The notes under the pieces were generated by a model. It made no database searches. It worked only from the letters and a program-made list of their open reading frames with translations, and had not been told where the DNA came from. DNA of 63,863 nucleotides, counting the filler, from Octopus bimaculoides (Eukaryota): assembly GCF_001194135.2 (NCBI RefSeq). It is 6 parts of 5 records of this genome, joined end to end, with 100 filler letters (N's around TTAATTAATTAA, not from the genome) between each part and the next. Parts side by side here need not be neighbours in the genome. Positions count along the whole stretch, not along the records: positions 61,855 to 63,863 come from NW_026343152.1; 5 more parts are not named here. One strand, written 5' to 3'. The first letter of the stretch is position 1. Each line of letters begins with the position of its first letter. Of the stretch, positions 62,757 to 63,863 are shown piece after piece. The translations under genes and the position numbers were made by a program.

Positions 62757-63863
62757 ACACACACAAATATATATTCTTTTATTCTTTTATTTATTTCAGT
62801 CATTTGATTGTGGCCATGTTGGAGCACTGCCTTTAGTCGAGCAAATCAGCTCCAGAGCTTAGTNNNNNNNNNNNNNNNNNNNNNNNNNNNNNNNNNNNNN
62901 NNNNNNNNNNNNNNNNNNNNNNNNNNNNNNNNNNNNNNNNNNNNNNNNNNNNNNNNNNNNNNNNNNNNNNNNNNNNNNNNNNNNNNNNNNNNNNNNNNNN
63001 NNNNNNNNNNNNNNNNNNNNNNNNNNNNNNNNNNNNNNNNNNNNNNNNNNNNNNNNNNNNNNNNNNNNNNNNNNNNNNNNNNNNNNNNNNNNNNNNNNNN
63101 NNNNNNNNNNNNNNNNNNNNNNNNNNNNNNNNNNNNNNNNNNNNNNNNNNNNNNNNNNNNNNNNNNNNNNNNNNNNNNNNNNNNNNNNNNNNNNNNNNNN
63201 NNNNNNNNNNNNNNNNNNNNNNNNNNNNNNNNNNNNNNNNNNNNNNNNNNNNNNNNNNNNNNNNNNNNNNNNNNNNNNNNNNNNNNNNNNNNNNNNNNNN
63301 NNNNNNNNNNNNNNNNNNNNNNNNNNNNNNNNNNNNNNNNNNNNNNNNNNNNNNNNNNNNNNNNATATATATATATATAAATGTATCATTGTCATCATCA
63401 TCATCGTTTAACGTCTGCTTTCCATGCTGGCATGGGTTGGACGATTTGACTGAGGACTGGCGAACCAGATGGCTGCACCAGGCTCCAATCTGATCTGCAG
63501 AGATTCTACAGCTGGATGCCCTTCCTAATGCCAACCACTCCAAGAATGCAGTGGGTGCTTTTACATGCCACCGGCACAAGTGCCAGTGAGGCGACGCTGG
63601 TAACGATCATGTTTGAATGGTATTTTTTACGTGCCACCAGCACAGAAACCAGTCAGCTGCTCTGGCCATGATCACCCTTGGGCGGTGCTCTTAGCACTCC
63701 ACTATCATGGATGCCAGTCATCGAATTTGATTTCGATTTCGATTTCACTTACCTCAACAGGTCTTCACAAGAAGAGTTTAGTGTCCAATGAAGGAAAGGT
63801 TTGCATAAGTGGGCTGGCATAGGCCACGGGTTATGGTCTCACTTGGCTTGCCGGGTCTTCTCA

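Overview
This is AT-rich, gap-ridden eukaryotic genomic DNA dominated by microsatellites and transposable elements. The SINE and LINE families and the repeat landscape suggest an octopod cephalopod (inference). One gene is solid: a complete 7-coding-exon fatty-acid elongase of the ELOVL1/7-like group on the minus strand (29163-35066, 292 aa). All its splice sites are canonical GT-AG and phase-compatible, and the KxxExxDT, HxxHH, HxxMYxYY, TxxQxxQ and C-terminal KKxx motifs are present. The rest is mostly TE relics: R4/Dong-type REL LINEs, RTE and CR1 LINE fragments, Penelope-like GIY-YIG and RT relics, a decayed hAT transposon, three SINE-like families, Helitron/Helentron-type ends and fold-back palindromes. 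The most interesting observations are: (i) R4/Dong-type LINEs sit in microsatellites, one group in (TAA)n and a second apparently in (TACA)n; (ii) several dispersed, decayed minimal type-I hammerhead-ribozyme motifs with palindromic loop III; (iii) long fold-back and inverted-SINE structures that could be dsRNA or ADAR substrates; (iv) orphan exon-like segments (two signal-peptide exons and an FGF-like peptide) hinting at unannotated genes partly lost in gaps. I cannot demonstrate a wholly new system from the sequence alone.
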